Assembly (NCBI GenBank): GCA_964528915.1
Contig: CAZGUD010000032.1
Coordinates: 4,008 to 68,007, forward strand
Origin: an uncultured Terracidiphilus sp.
Lineage (GTDB): Bacteria; Acidobacteriota; Terriglobia; Terriglobales; Acidobacteriaceae
DNA: 64,000 nucleotides
Direction of reading: 5' to 3'
Below the pieces are notes generated by a model. The model had not been told where the DNA came from. It ran no database searches and saw nothing but the letters and a program-made list of their open reading frames with translations. The translations under genes were made by a program, and so were the position numbers. Numbering within the stretch: the first letter of the stretch is position 1; each line of letters starts with the position of its first letter. Shown piece after piece: positions 27,457-36,442 of this stretch.

Positions 27457-29118
27457 ATGGAACGTAGTCATAGACGGCGCGCCTTGGTTGCCAGGCTAGT
27501 GACCATCACAATGACGGCATGCGGGATAGTTGCCGGCTTTCTGTTGGGGTGTGTCTTGGCGCTGCTGCTTGCCACAAACTGGCTCGATCAGTATTCACAA
27601 CTAACCTCAGCTCAAAGCGACGCTTCTTTTATTGAGGGGCGTGCCCTGCTTAACGTCCTGAAAGATTCGCGCTACGGTTTCTGTTCGGATGCCGAAATGG
27701 CATATTTCAGGGAGCTTGTCTTCCGCTCCGAATACATCAAGGATGCCGGTCGCATTCATGCAGGCAGAATCGACTGCTCAGCCACGGTAGGCCGGCCAGC
27801 GCGGACGGTGGGGCAATTCAAGCCGGAATCACTCCCGGACGACGGCACGGGCACGATCGCTTACAGCAATCTGGTTCCTATTCACGACCCCGGGCTGAAG
27901 AGATCGGGTCTGCAAATGGGGAATGCGTACGTAGTGTTTGGCTCGCGCGTGCCAGCCAGCCCAGGCCCCGTTCCCATGCACGTTGTTTTCAACGTCGCGC
28001 ACGGTTCGTCCGCACAACATGCCGATCAGCCAGGTACGGCGCAGCAGGACGCGCGGTTGAGCCTGAGTACAATCGGATCGTTCCGCTTTAAAAACAATCT
28101 GTACGCCACGCGGTGTTCGACTCTGCACTCAAGCTGCGTCGAGGCTTACACCTCGATACCTGAGGCGATGCAGGGTGAGACCACGACGATTGCTCTATGC
28201 ACCTTAGCTGGCGGCGGGTTAGGCATCGTGTGCTCAATGGCGTTTTCGTTTTATTACAAGCGCAGCCGGGATCTTTGCCAACAGCTTCGCCGTGCGGTCG
28301 AGCGCGACAAATTGCAGGTGGTCTATCAGCCCATCGTCAAATTCGACAGCCGGCGGATCGTGGGGGCGGAGGCGTTGGCGCGCTGGACCGACGAAGAAGG
28401 ATATGCAGTCGGCCCCAATGTCTTTATCAAGATGGCCGAGGAACACGGATTCATCGGACTGATTACGAAAAGGGTGCTTCAGCGCACTTTGCACGACTTT
28501 TCAAAGCTTCTGCAAAGCCGGCCAAGCTTTCGTCTGAGCATCAATGTGGCCGCGGCGGACCTCGTCGATCCTGAGTTTCTACCCATGCTCGAAGACTCTC
28601 TGAGGCGGCACAAGGTTCAGCCGAAGAACCTGGCGATTGAGATTACTGAACGAGCGACTGCCGATAGCGCCGCGGCAATGGAAACCATCCGCATTCTCCG
28701 CCACCGGGGACACAGCGTACATATCGATGATTTTGGCACGGGCTACTCGAATTTGGATCGGCTGCTGTGCCTCTTTGCCGACACCATCAAGATCGACAAA
28801 GCATTCACCAAAGTTATCGGGACAGAGTCGGTGGCAGTGGCGATCCTTCCCCAAATCCTGGCCATGGCCAGATCGCTCGGCCTCGAAGTGATTATTGAAG
28901 GCATCGAAACCGAACGCCAGGCCGATTACTTTTCGTTGTCAAACGCGAATGAGAAGATGTACGGCCAAGGCTTTCTCTATGGACACCCTGTAACCTTCGA
29001 AGAATTTCATGGATTGCTGGTGGATGAACAAGCCAAGTTTATGGTTGCCCCAACTACCGAGACCGCGCGGAATGCCGAAGAAGGCGGCTTGCACATTGTC
29101 GCCTCTCGCGGCGCCTGA
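27457..29118 (+). CDS. CSS-motif EAL c-di-GMP phosphodiesterase
   Basis: Two TM helices around a periplasmic domain with GFCS and DCSA; YQPIV, AEALARW, EITER, DDFGTGYS, KIDK, EGIET and QGFLY. Confidence 0.88.
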   Translation: MERSHRRRALVARLVTITMTACGIVAGFLLGCVLALLLATNWLDQYSQLTSAQSDASFIEGRALLNVLKDSRYGFCSDAEMAYFRELVFRSEYIKDAGRIHAGRIDCSATVGRPARTVGQFKPESLPDDGTGTIAYSNLVPIHDPGLKRSGLQMGNAYVVFGSRVPASPGPVPMHVVFNVAHGSSAQHADQPGTAQQDARLSLSTIGSFRFKNNLYATRCSTLHSSCVEAYTSIPEAMQGETTTIALCTLAGGGLGIVCSMAFSFYYKRSRDLCQQLRRAVERDKLQVVYQPIVKFDSRRIVGAEALARWTDEEGYAVGPNVFIKMAEEHGFIGLITKRVLQRTLHDFSKLLQSRPSFRLSINVAAADLVDPEFLPMLEDSLRRHKVQPKNLAIEITERATADSAAAMETIRILRHRGHSVHIDDFGTGYSNLDRLLCLFADTIKIDKAFTKVIGTESVAVAILPQILAMARSLGLEVIIEGIETERQADYFSLSNANEKMYGQGFLYGHPVTFEEFHGLLVDEQAKFMVAPTTETARNAEEGGLHIVASRGA

Positions 29119-29219
29119 ACCTTTCCCTTGCTTATCGATAGTGGCGGCTGCACGACCCTGACTTCAATAACCTCAGTGCAGTTGCAACGGCTGTCGAACC
29201 GGCGAACATGTAGTGGCAG

Positions 29220-29251
29220 AAAAGGCCCAGGCAACTTTGCCCGGGCCTTTT
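29220..29251. terminator. Bidirectional intrinsic terminator
   Basis: AAAAGGCCCAGGCAA-CT-TTGCCCGGGCCTTTT between convergent genes. Confidence 0.75.
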
Positions 29252-29268
29252 GTTCAATAGCAGGTTTG

Positions 29269-29739
29269 CTATTTAGAGCTGTCGCGCGCAGCCTTCACAT
29301 AATCGTGTGAAGACTGGATATGGGCGTACTGCGTGGTGAGTAGCTGTTTAATTGGCAGCGGCAATTCTTTTTGAAGCGCCGTTTCAAACGCCTGTTTTTC
29401 TGCGTCCTCAAGCTCTTCTGTGGTCGCCAGCAGGGTGTGATCGCCGCCACCGAGGTGAGCCTTGATGTCGCCCCAGGTGCGCTCGGCAGTCCCCACAACC
29501 GTGCCTTTCTCCTTAACGTCATGGACGCCGTCCTGATGCAGGATCTCTTCGATCACGCCTCGAAATTCTGCGCGTTTGAGCGATTCGGCTGCGAAATAGC
29601 GCCGTAGATTTTCATCCTTCAAGTGTTCGCCTATCTTCTGAAAGCCTTCCTGGCCGTCGATGAGGGACTGGATGACGGACCGCAGAGTTTGTTCAAGTTC
29701 CTTGTTGCTCAATTTATGGGTGATTGTTTCAACAGTCAT
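29269..29739 (-). CDS. PA2169/DUF2383 ferritin-like four-helix-bundle protein
   Basis: LIDGQEGF, GT..GTAERTWGDIKA, E..ED..K..FE.AL and IQSSHDYVKA. Confidence 0.85.
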   Translation of the reverse strand: MTVETITHKLSNKELEQTLRSVIQSLIDGQEGFQKIGEHLKDENLRRYFAAESLKRAEFRGVIEEILHQDGVHDVKEKGTVVGTAERTWGDIKAHLGGGDHTLLATTEELEDAEKQAFETALQKELPLPIKQLLTTQYAHIQSSHDYVKAARDSSK

Positions 29740-30346
29740 GAATTCCTTCCGATCAAGGTTAGTTATGAGGGATCAGAGCGGCTCCAGAATTTATGTTGCC
29801 CTCCTGGGAGCAGTGAAGTGAAAGGAGGCATTTTCTCAAGGGAAATGCCACTCCATGGCTTTGGCTCCTGGGTGCAGCAGTTCTGGAACCGCTGTAAAGA
29901 GGCAGAGTCCGGACGATGCCAATGCGATTCTCCTTCTCGTCCGGTAAGCCAGAGAAATCGCGAAAATCCAGCTCCCCTGCCCCAACTGTGAAGCGCTTCC
30001 CAAAAAGCGATGGGACCTTGGGCCGCTTCCCTGAGAATAGAGGCCCTTTTGCGATGCGCAGTTGCCCGATGGGCCTCATAGGGTCTTGCAGGGCTGAACA
30101 AGGTTTCTCATGGCATGAAGGCACGCCCGCCGAGCACAGAAAAGCTGAAGCGGGCCACATGCAAATGGCTGGACAAGTCAGTTAGACCCGTCGCCATAAC
30201 CAGTGATTGCATTTAGCCTGTGGGCGCCGACGCGATTTCGGTAGCAACTGGGAACTGAAATGCAAGGGGTACGAATGTGCGTGTAATCTCCATTGCCGTG
30301 TTCGATAATAATTTCTGCCAACGAGAAGGACCTGGCCCGCTTCCCA

Positions 30347-31144
30347 ATGGAAAATATTTGTTTTCAAATTGACCGCATGAAGGTTGAAGTTCACCCTGAC
30401 CGGAAAAATGCTGGAAGGGCCGCTGCGCAGGCCGCCGCAGACTATCTGCATCAACTGGGTTCTGTGCAGGCAGAAATCGGCGTTATTTTTGCTACAGGTG
30501 CTTCACAGCTTGACACGCTGCGTGCTCTGGTTTCGCTACCCGGCATTCCCTGGGACAAGATCGTCGGATTCCATATGGATGAATATGTCGGCATCGATGA
30601 GCACCACCCTGCCTCGTTTCGGCGTTATCTTCGAGAAAACCTGACCACCCGCGTCAAGATGCGGGAATTCTTTGAAATCAATGGCAGTACACCGGATCAT
30701 GACGCGGTAATCCGGGATTATGCGCGGAGACTCCGCGCCGCCAACCCACAGTTGTGCCTGCTTGGAATTGGGGAGAATGGACACCTGGCCTTCAATGATC
30801 CCCCGGAAGCAGACTTTAACGATCCTGTTGACGTAAAAATAGCAACCCTGGACACAGAGTGCCGCCAGCAACAGAGCGCCGAAGGCTGGTTCGCAAGCAT
30901 CGACGAGGTACCGGCAACCGCGATCACGCTTACCATCCCCACGCTCATGCGGGTGCCCAGGCTGATTGCGTCTGTCCCGGGAAAACGTAAGATGCAGATC
31001 GTCAAGCGTGCTTTCACCGAACCCATTTCGACCAGTTGTCCGGCAACGATACTGCGCACCCATCCGGACGCAACCGTTTACCTCGACCCCGACTCCGCGG
31101 CAGAGTTGGATGAGATGAAGCAGGCAGGGAACTCGAGTTCATGA
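30347..31144 (+). CDS. Glucosamine/galactosamine-6-phosphate deaminase (NagB-like)
   Basis: FATGASQ, FHMDEYVG, HPASF, LLGIGENGHLAFNDP and CPATILRTH. Confidence 0.88.
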   Translation: MENICFQIDRMKVEVHPDRKNAGRAAAQAAADYLHQLGSVQAEIGVIFATGASQLDTLRALVSLPGIPWDKIVGFHMDEYVGIDEHHPASFRRYLRENLTTRVKMREFFEINGSTPDHDAVIRDYARRLRAANPQLCLLGIGENGHLAFNDPPEADFNDPVDVKIATLDTECRQQQSAEGWFASIDEVPATAITLTIPTLMRVPRLIASVPGKRKMQIVKRAFTEPISTSCPATILRTHPDATVYLDPDSAAELDEMKQAGNSSS

Positions 31145-32428
31145 TGCCGGCGCAATGCGAGGCGTGCGAACCAATAATAATATGCACGCGGTTGCGAAGA
31201 GGGGCAGCAATCCCGCCACCATAAATGCAGGGCCGAAAGAAAACCGATCGACCAGAAAGCCTACGCAAATGGTAAAAACCGCACCCACCAGTCCAGCCGC
31301 CAATCCACTCAGGCCGGTAACGGTGGCGACCACATCCTGGGGAAACAGGTCTGAGGGCAGCGTGAGGCCCATAGTGGACCAACTCGCATAACCCCATAAG
31401 GCAAAACAGATCAATGCCAAGGCGGTGTAGACGCTGTGCGTGCGGGCGGCGGGAATTCCGGCAAGAATCGGCAGACAACTGAAGACGCACACCCAGATGC
31501 GGGCGCGAATCACTGACATGCCCCGGCGGATGCAATAGCCGGAAATCAGGCCGCCGGTAAAATTGCCGATATCGGCAGCGACAAACGGCATCCAGGCAAA
31601 TAAAGCGATTCGCTGCAAGCTGAAACCTCGCGCATCGCTAAGGTATTTGGGCAGCCATGAAATGTAAAACCACCAGATCGGGTCGGTAAATGCACGTCCA
31701 AGCACGATGCCCCAGACATTTCGATTGGCTGCAAGCTTGAGCCAGCGCTCCACGCCCCGCTGTGGAGAAACAACGGGCGCGTCCTGTCCGGCGCGAATGA
31801 ACGCAACCTCCTCTGGCGTAACCCTTGGATGGCGGTCGGGCAGATGGTAGACGCGCAGCCAGATCAGCAGCCAGAAGAATCCAATCGCTCCGGAAAAGAA
31901 GAAGGCCGACCGCCAGCCAAAAGCCAATGCGATTAGCGGAATTGACAGCGCTGCCACGGCTCCTCCCACGCTGGAGCCGCTATCGAAGATCGCCACCGCC
32001 AGGCTGCGTTCCTGGCTGGGGAACCACTCCGCAACCGTCTTGCTGGCACCCGGCCAGTTAAAGCCTTCCCCTACCCCCAGCAGAAATCGAAAGAATGCGA
32101 AGGCGAAAATGGAGCTGGCGAATCCGGTGAAGAAGTTGACCAAAGACCAGAAAACCACGGCCAGCGCCAGCCCCAGCCGCGTGCCTACCGCGTCGAGAAA
32201 CATGCCGCCCAGGAGCCATGTGAGCGCGTAGGAGATTTGAAAAGCCGCAAATATCTTGCCCAGGTCCGCATTGGTGAGATGGTATTGCGCTGAAATCACC
32301 GGAACCAAAAGAGAGAATGTCTGACGGCTTATGTAATTGATCACCGTCGAAAAGAACAGCGTCCAAACGATCCACCAACGCACGCGTCCAGCGCTACGAG
32401 GCTTTGGCACATTCCCGGCTTGCTGCAT
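31139..32428 (-). CDS. MFS sugar-acid transporter, ExuT/ACS family
   Basis: RWWIVWTLF..TVINY, RFLLGVGEG.NWP, EWFP.QERSLA and DPIWWFY. The start could be TTG 32497. Confidence 0.88.
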   Translation of the reverse strand: MQQAGNVPKPRSAGRVRWWIVWTLFFSTVINYISRQTFSLLVPVISAQYHLTNADLGKIFAAFQISYALTWLLGGMFLDAVGTRLGLALAVVFWSLVNFFTGFASSIFAFAFFRFLLGVGEGFNWPGASKTVAEWFPSQERSLAVAIFDSGSSVGGAVAALSIPLIALAFGWRSAFFFSGAIGFFWLLIWLRVYHLPDRHPRVTPEEVAFIRAGQDAPVVSPQRGVERWLKLAANRNVWGIVLGRAFTDPIWWFYISWLPKYLSDARGFSLQRIALFAWMPFVAADIGNFTGGLISGYCIRRGMSVIRARIWVCVFSCLPILAGIPAARTHSVYTALALICFALWGYASWSTMGLTLPSDLFPQDVVATVTGLSGLAAGLVGAVFTICVGFLVDRFSFGPAFMVAGLLPLFATACILLLVRTPRIAPAS

Positions 32429-32443
32429 GGGATTCACTCGATT

Positions 32444-32488
32444 GATCTCATTCCCCTCGATCTCATTCCCATCGATCTCATTCCCTTT
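32444..32488. repeat. 3 x 15-bp tandem repeat GATCTCATTCCC(ctc/atc/ttt)
   Basis: Units begin at 32444, 32459 and 32474. Confidence 0.9.
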
Positions 32489-32524
32489 AATCCTCAATCA
32501 GCGCCGCACGTTGGGCAGCGGCGC

Positions 32525-33955
32525 CTAACTCGCCGGGGCAACCGGATGATCCACAATTTCTTCAGTCTCAGGATTCCAGTAGAGTCTTCTGCCGCTCCAA
32601 TAAGATTGCGCTGCCATGATGGTCACGATCGAATGCGAAAACCCATGATCCACGTTCGCATTCGGTTGCGTTCGCGCCTGCATGGCTTTGAGCCAATTCA
32701 AAATGTGTACTACGCTGTCGTCGCCTGGACCGCTGGAGTCGGGCGGTTCGGCGCCGGGAACCCTCACCACTTCTTCCCGGTCTATCGATGGACTCACTAT
32801 AGGTACGCCTTTCGTTTCCGCCGACCCGTCCCATTCATCCCGGCCGCCTTCTTTGCTGACAGTAAAAAGCGATGCTCCTTCGCCGCCATAATTCGCAATC
32901 GTGCCATCGCGTCCTTGAATCCTCGAGAAGCTCCTGAAGCTGTTCCCAAATACGGTCTTATAGGTATAAAGAAAACCCTTGGGATAAGTGACCGCTGCCA
33001 CGCACGTGTCGGGGTTTTCGCGTCCATCCTTCCATGCATAGATCCCGCCACTGGCCACCACGCTCTCGGGATAGGCTTCGTCGGTCCAGAGATGAACGAG
33101 GTCGCAGCCATGGCTCATCCACTGATCGAATATTCCCGAAGAGAATTCCTTATAGAGTCGGAACTCAAGGTAGACATGGGGATCGAACGGACGGTGCGGC
33201 TTGCCTGACAGCCATCGGTCCCAATCCGTATCCTCCTCGCGAAGCTTCGATGGGCGCTCAAACAGCCACTTCTTCCATTCCATATTCCTGTCCTGCTCCA
33301 TTGCCGCCGAGTTGCCGGTATCCATGTTTACAAATCGCCAGCGCTCCTCATTTACGTTCCACTCCTGCTCGATGTGCACGATAGCGCCGATACGGCCCGA
33401 CCGGATGATGTCGCGTACGGCTAACTGGTAGGGCTCGCTGCGATGCTGCGCACCCATCTGGACCACTTGCCTGGATGCCTTCACTGCGTCGCGGGCCTGT
33501 TTGGCCTCAGAAAGAACATTGGCGAACGGCTTCTCTACATAACAGTCTTTGCCCGCCTGCACCACTTCCATGCACAGTTTGGCATGCTGAAAATCGCCTG
33601 TGGCAATCATTACTCCGTCGATATCTTTGGCGGCCAACATTTCTTCAGAGTACTTATAGGATTTCGGGGTCAGATTGAAGGCTTCCTTTACCTGGGCGGC
33701 ACGTTGTTCCCGGGCTAAACTCCAAATATCGCAAACCGCTACAGTCTCAACCGGGATGTGCCGGGACGCCATTTGAGCCATATGCACGTGCCCGTGGCTG
33801 CGCGCTCCGCATCCCAGTTGAGCGAGCCTGATGCGATCGTTCGCGCCCATGACCCGCGCATACGATCGAGCTTCCATTCCCGCCGCCAGCATGGCGCCCG
33901 CTGCTTGTTTCATGAAGACTCTGCGAGCAGTACCAGAAGTCGACTCAGGAGTCAT
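32525..33955 (-). CDS. Gfo/Idh/MocA oxidoreductase with Tat-like signal
   Basis: ARRVFMK leader, GANDRIRL..LGCG, VAVCD, YVEKP and VQMGAQHRS. Confidence 0.88.
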   Translation of the reverse strand: MTPESTSGTARRVFMKQAAGAMLAAGMEARSYARVMGANDRIRLAQLGCGARSHGHVHMAQMASRHIPVETVAVCDIWSLAREQRAAQVKEAFNLTPKSYKYSEEMLAAKDIDGVMIATGDFQHAKLCMEVVQAGKDCYVEKPFANVLSEAKQARDAVKASRQVVQMGAQHRSEPYQLAVRDIIRSGRIGAIVHIEQEWNVNEERWRFVNMDTGNSAAMEQDRNMEWKKWLFERPSKLREEDTDWDRWLSGKPHRPFDPHVYLEFRLYKEFSSGIFDQWMSHGCDLVHLWTDEAYPESVVASGGIYAWKDGRENPDTCVAAVTYPKGFLYTYKTVFGNSFRSFSRIQGRDGTIANYGGEGASLFTVSKEGGRDEWDGSAETKGVPIVSPSIDREEVVRVPGAEPPDSSGPGDDSVVHILNWLKAMQARTQPNANVDHGFSHSIVTIMAAQSYWSGRRLYWNPETEEIVDHPVAPAS

Positions 33956-34328
33956 TCCTCACCACTTTCCTTTCCAACTTTCTGTTTCGCCTGGTGAATT
34001 TAGTCTCAATTGCTTGAACGACTTTGATGGCCGGACGGCGCTTGATCGAGTTGATGCCCCCGGTTCCAAATCAGACTAGATGCTTGCACCGATTGGAAGG
34101 GACCGTCAAGAAGCCGGGGAGGCTTGCCAACCAGGCAGGCCGCACAGCATTCGATACTCTGCAACTCACCAATCGAGATCCATTTGTGTATACTTGACGC
34201 CGCATGGGATTTACTCTCTTACCGTGAGCAACGGCGGAAGATTCCGGGAACGTGAACATCTGGGCAAGGACACCTGCCTCAAACAGGGGCATTTGCCTGG
34301 GCTTGAAACTGGCAGCACAGTAAGTTGA

Positions 34329-35666
34329 ATGGAGAGGCACATGGTTAGTCGACGTGATTTTCTCGACACGCTTGCTATCGGCGCGACGGGTTTGGCAATT
34401 AGTTCCACAGCGAAGAGTTACAGTCAGATTCTCGGATCCAACGATCGTCTCAATTTTGCGATTATGGGCCTTCGCTGGCGCGGCTATGCCCATCTTTCTG
34501 GATTGATGGCAAATAAAGACACGGCCCGTATCTCGCACATCTGCGATGTGGATGACAACATCCGGGCAAAGTTCGCGGGAATTGCAGAACATGAGTTAGG
34601 CTACGCTCCCGCCAGTGACAAAGACTTTCGCTCCGTGCTCCAGCAAAAAGACGTCGACGCCGTCACCATCGCCACTCCGGACCATTGGCATACTCCTCTG
34701 GCAATAGCCGCCCTGCAGGCGGGCAAACATGTTTATGTTGAAAAACCATGCAGCCACAATCCTGCCGAGGGCGCGATGCTGGTGCAGGCGCAACAGAAAT
34801 ATCAAAAGTTAGTGCAGCAGGGCACCCAGCAGCGATCGTGTTCGCGCACTATTGAAGCCGTCGATAAGATACACAACGGCGTGGTCGGCCGCCCTTACTT
34901 CGCCAAAGCCTGGTACAGCAACGTTAGAAAGTCGATCGGTACAGGCAAGGAAGTGCCTGTGCCTCCCCAACTCGATTGGGATCTTTGGCAGGGGCCCGCG
35001 CCCCGCAGACCTTACAAGGATAATATTCATCCTTATAACTGGCACTGGTTCAAACATTGGGGGACCGGCGAGGCACTCAACAACGGCACCCATAGTGTCG
35101 ATATCTGCCGCTGGGCACTCGGCGTCGAATATCCGAACCGCGTAATCTCTATGGGTGGTAGATACCATTTCAAGGACGATTGGCAGTTTTACGACACACT
35201 GGTGACCAGCTTCGATTACGGCGATAAGATGATCTGCTGGGAAAGCAAATCGTGCAACGGGATGAAGTATTACAACCACGATGTCGGGTTGACGGTGGCC
35301 GGAACCGATGGGACGGTATTCATTTACGGGGACGGCGGCGCCGGCTATGAAGTCTATGACCTCAAGGGAAACAAGACCGGAGAATTCAAGGACGACGAAA
35401 CATCGTTTTATGACAAATTCGACGGTGATGTCCCAACTAATGCGCATTTCGCTAACTTCATCGCGGCCATCTCGAAAGGTGAGAAACTCCACGCTCCAAT
35501 CTCCCAGGGCAACATCGTTGTTACCATGCTTCAACTCTCCAACATTTCCTGGGAGCTAAGTCGCGAATTAGAACTTTATCCGCAGGATGGGAAGGTTCAG
35601 GGCGACGCGCAAGCGATGAAAATGTGGACGCGCGAATACGAAAAGGGTTGGGCGCCTCACCTTTGA
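34329..35666 (+). CDS. Gfo/Idh/MocA oxidoreductase with Tat signal
   Basis: SRRDFL leader, IATPDHWH, HVYVEKP, GTQQRS, WDLWQGPAP and NNGTH. Confidence 0.9.
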   Translation: MERHMVSRRDFLDTLAIGATGLAISSTAKSYSQILGSNDRLNFAIMGLRWRGYAHLSGLMANKDTARISHICDVDDNIRAKFAGIAEHELGYAPASDKDFRSVLQQKDVDAVTIATPDHWHTPLAIAALQAGKHVYVEKPCSHNPAEGAMLVQAQQKYQKLVQQGTQQRSCSRTIEAVDKIHNGVVGRPYFAKAWYSNVRKSIGTGKEVPVPPQLDWDLWQGPAPRRPYKDNIHPYNWHWFKHWGTGEALNNGTHSVDICRWALGVEYPNRVISMGGRYHFKDDWQFYDTLVTSFDYGDKMICWESKSCNGMKYYNHDVGLTVAGTDGTVFIYGDGGAGYEVYDLKGNKTGEFKDDETSFYDKFDGDVPTNAHFANFIAAISKGEKLHAPISQGNIVVTMLQLSNISWELSRELELYPQDGKVQGDAQAMKMWTREYEKGWAPHL

Positions 35667-35696
35667 GCGACAGCAGTTTCACCAAGGATACTGACC

Positions 35697-36407
35697 GTGA
35701 AAAGAATCCTTTCCTCATGCCTGCTTGCGTTGAGCCTCTCAATTCATGCAGGCGCCGGTGACAAGAATATGTTTAAGAGTGAATACGCTGCTCAGGACGT
35801 TGTGCTGGATACGGATACGCAATCGGCTTTCTGGCGGGGAGCAACATCCGTCTACGCTGAATCCGATAACTGGGGTCATCTCGTCCCCGGGTATCGAACC
35901 AAAGTAAGTTCGCGGTGGACCAAAGACAATCTTTATCTGCTATTCGAATGTCCCTACGAAGAGCTGTATCTCAAGCCTTCGCCAGAGACGGTGAAAAAGA
36001 CCTATGGATTATGGAATTGGGATGTTGCCGAATTATTCATAGGTTCCGACTTTCACAATATTCGAAGATATAAGGAGTTTGAGATATCACCGCAAAAGGA
36101 GTGGATCGACCTCGATGTCAACCTCGATCTTCCCGATCACACGGTAGGATGGACCTGGAACTCTGGATTTCAGCTCACTGCGCGGATCGATTCCAAAACA
36201 AGAATATGGTATGGGGCAATGCGCATTCCCTTCACTGCTCTCGATTCGCGGCCCCCGGCGCCTGGCAGGACTTTTCGCGCTAACTTGTTTCGCAGCCAGG
36301 GCCCGCCGGACCGGCATAAGTCGATTACCTGGATGGCTCCGATGACCGAAACCTACCACACTCCAGAGAGATTTGGACTGCTCACCTTGGTAAAGGATAA
36401 GGAATAG
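35697..36407 (+). CDS. Secreted CBM9-like (DOMON-like) sugar-binding protein
   Basis: Signal peptide; W...NLYLLF, LWNWDVAELFI, YKEFEISP, MRIPF, FRANLFR and YHTPERFG. Confidence 0.8.
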   Translation: MKRILSSCLLALSLSIHAGAGDKNMFKSEYAAQDVVLDTDTQSAFWRGATSVYAESDNWGHLVPGYRTKVSSRWTKDNLYLLFECPYEELYLKPSPETVKKTYGLWNWDVAELFIGSDFHNIRRYKEFEISPQKEWIDLDVNLDLPDHTVGWTWNSGFQLTARIDSKTRIWYGAMRIPFTALDSRPPAPGRTFRANLFRSQGPPDRHKSITWMAPMTETYHTPERFGLLTLVKDKE

Positions 36408-36442
36408 CCTGGCATGCGCGAGGTTGGGCTGCACTTCAGGGG

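Noticed and set aside
29940..30060. AATCC...CTGCCCCAACTGT, resembling a cobalamin riboswitch core
   Set aside because: The other conserved elements (GGGAA..GGTG, GCCACTG, GGGAAGG) are not in the expected order and no B12-related gene is adjacent. An Rfam scan would settle it.
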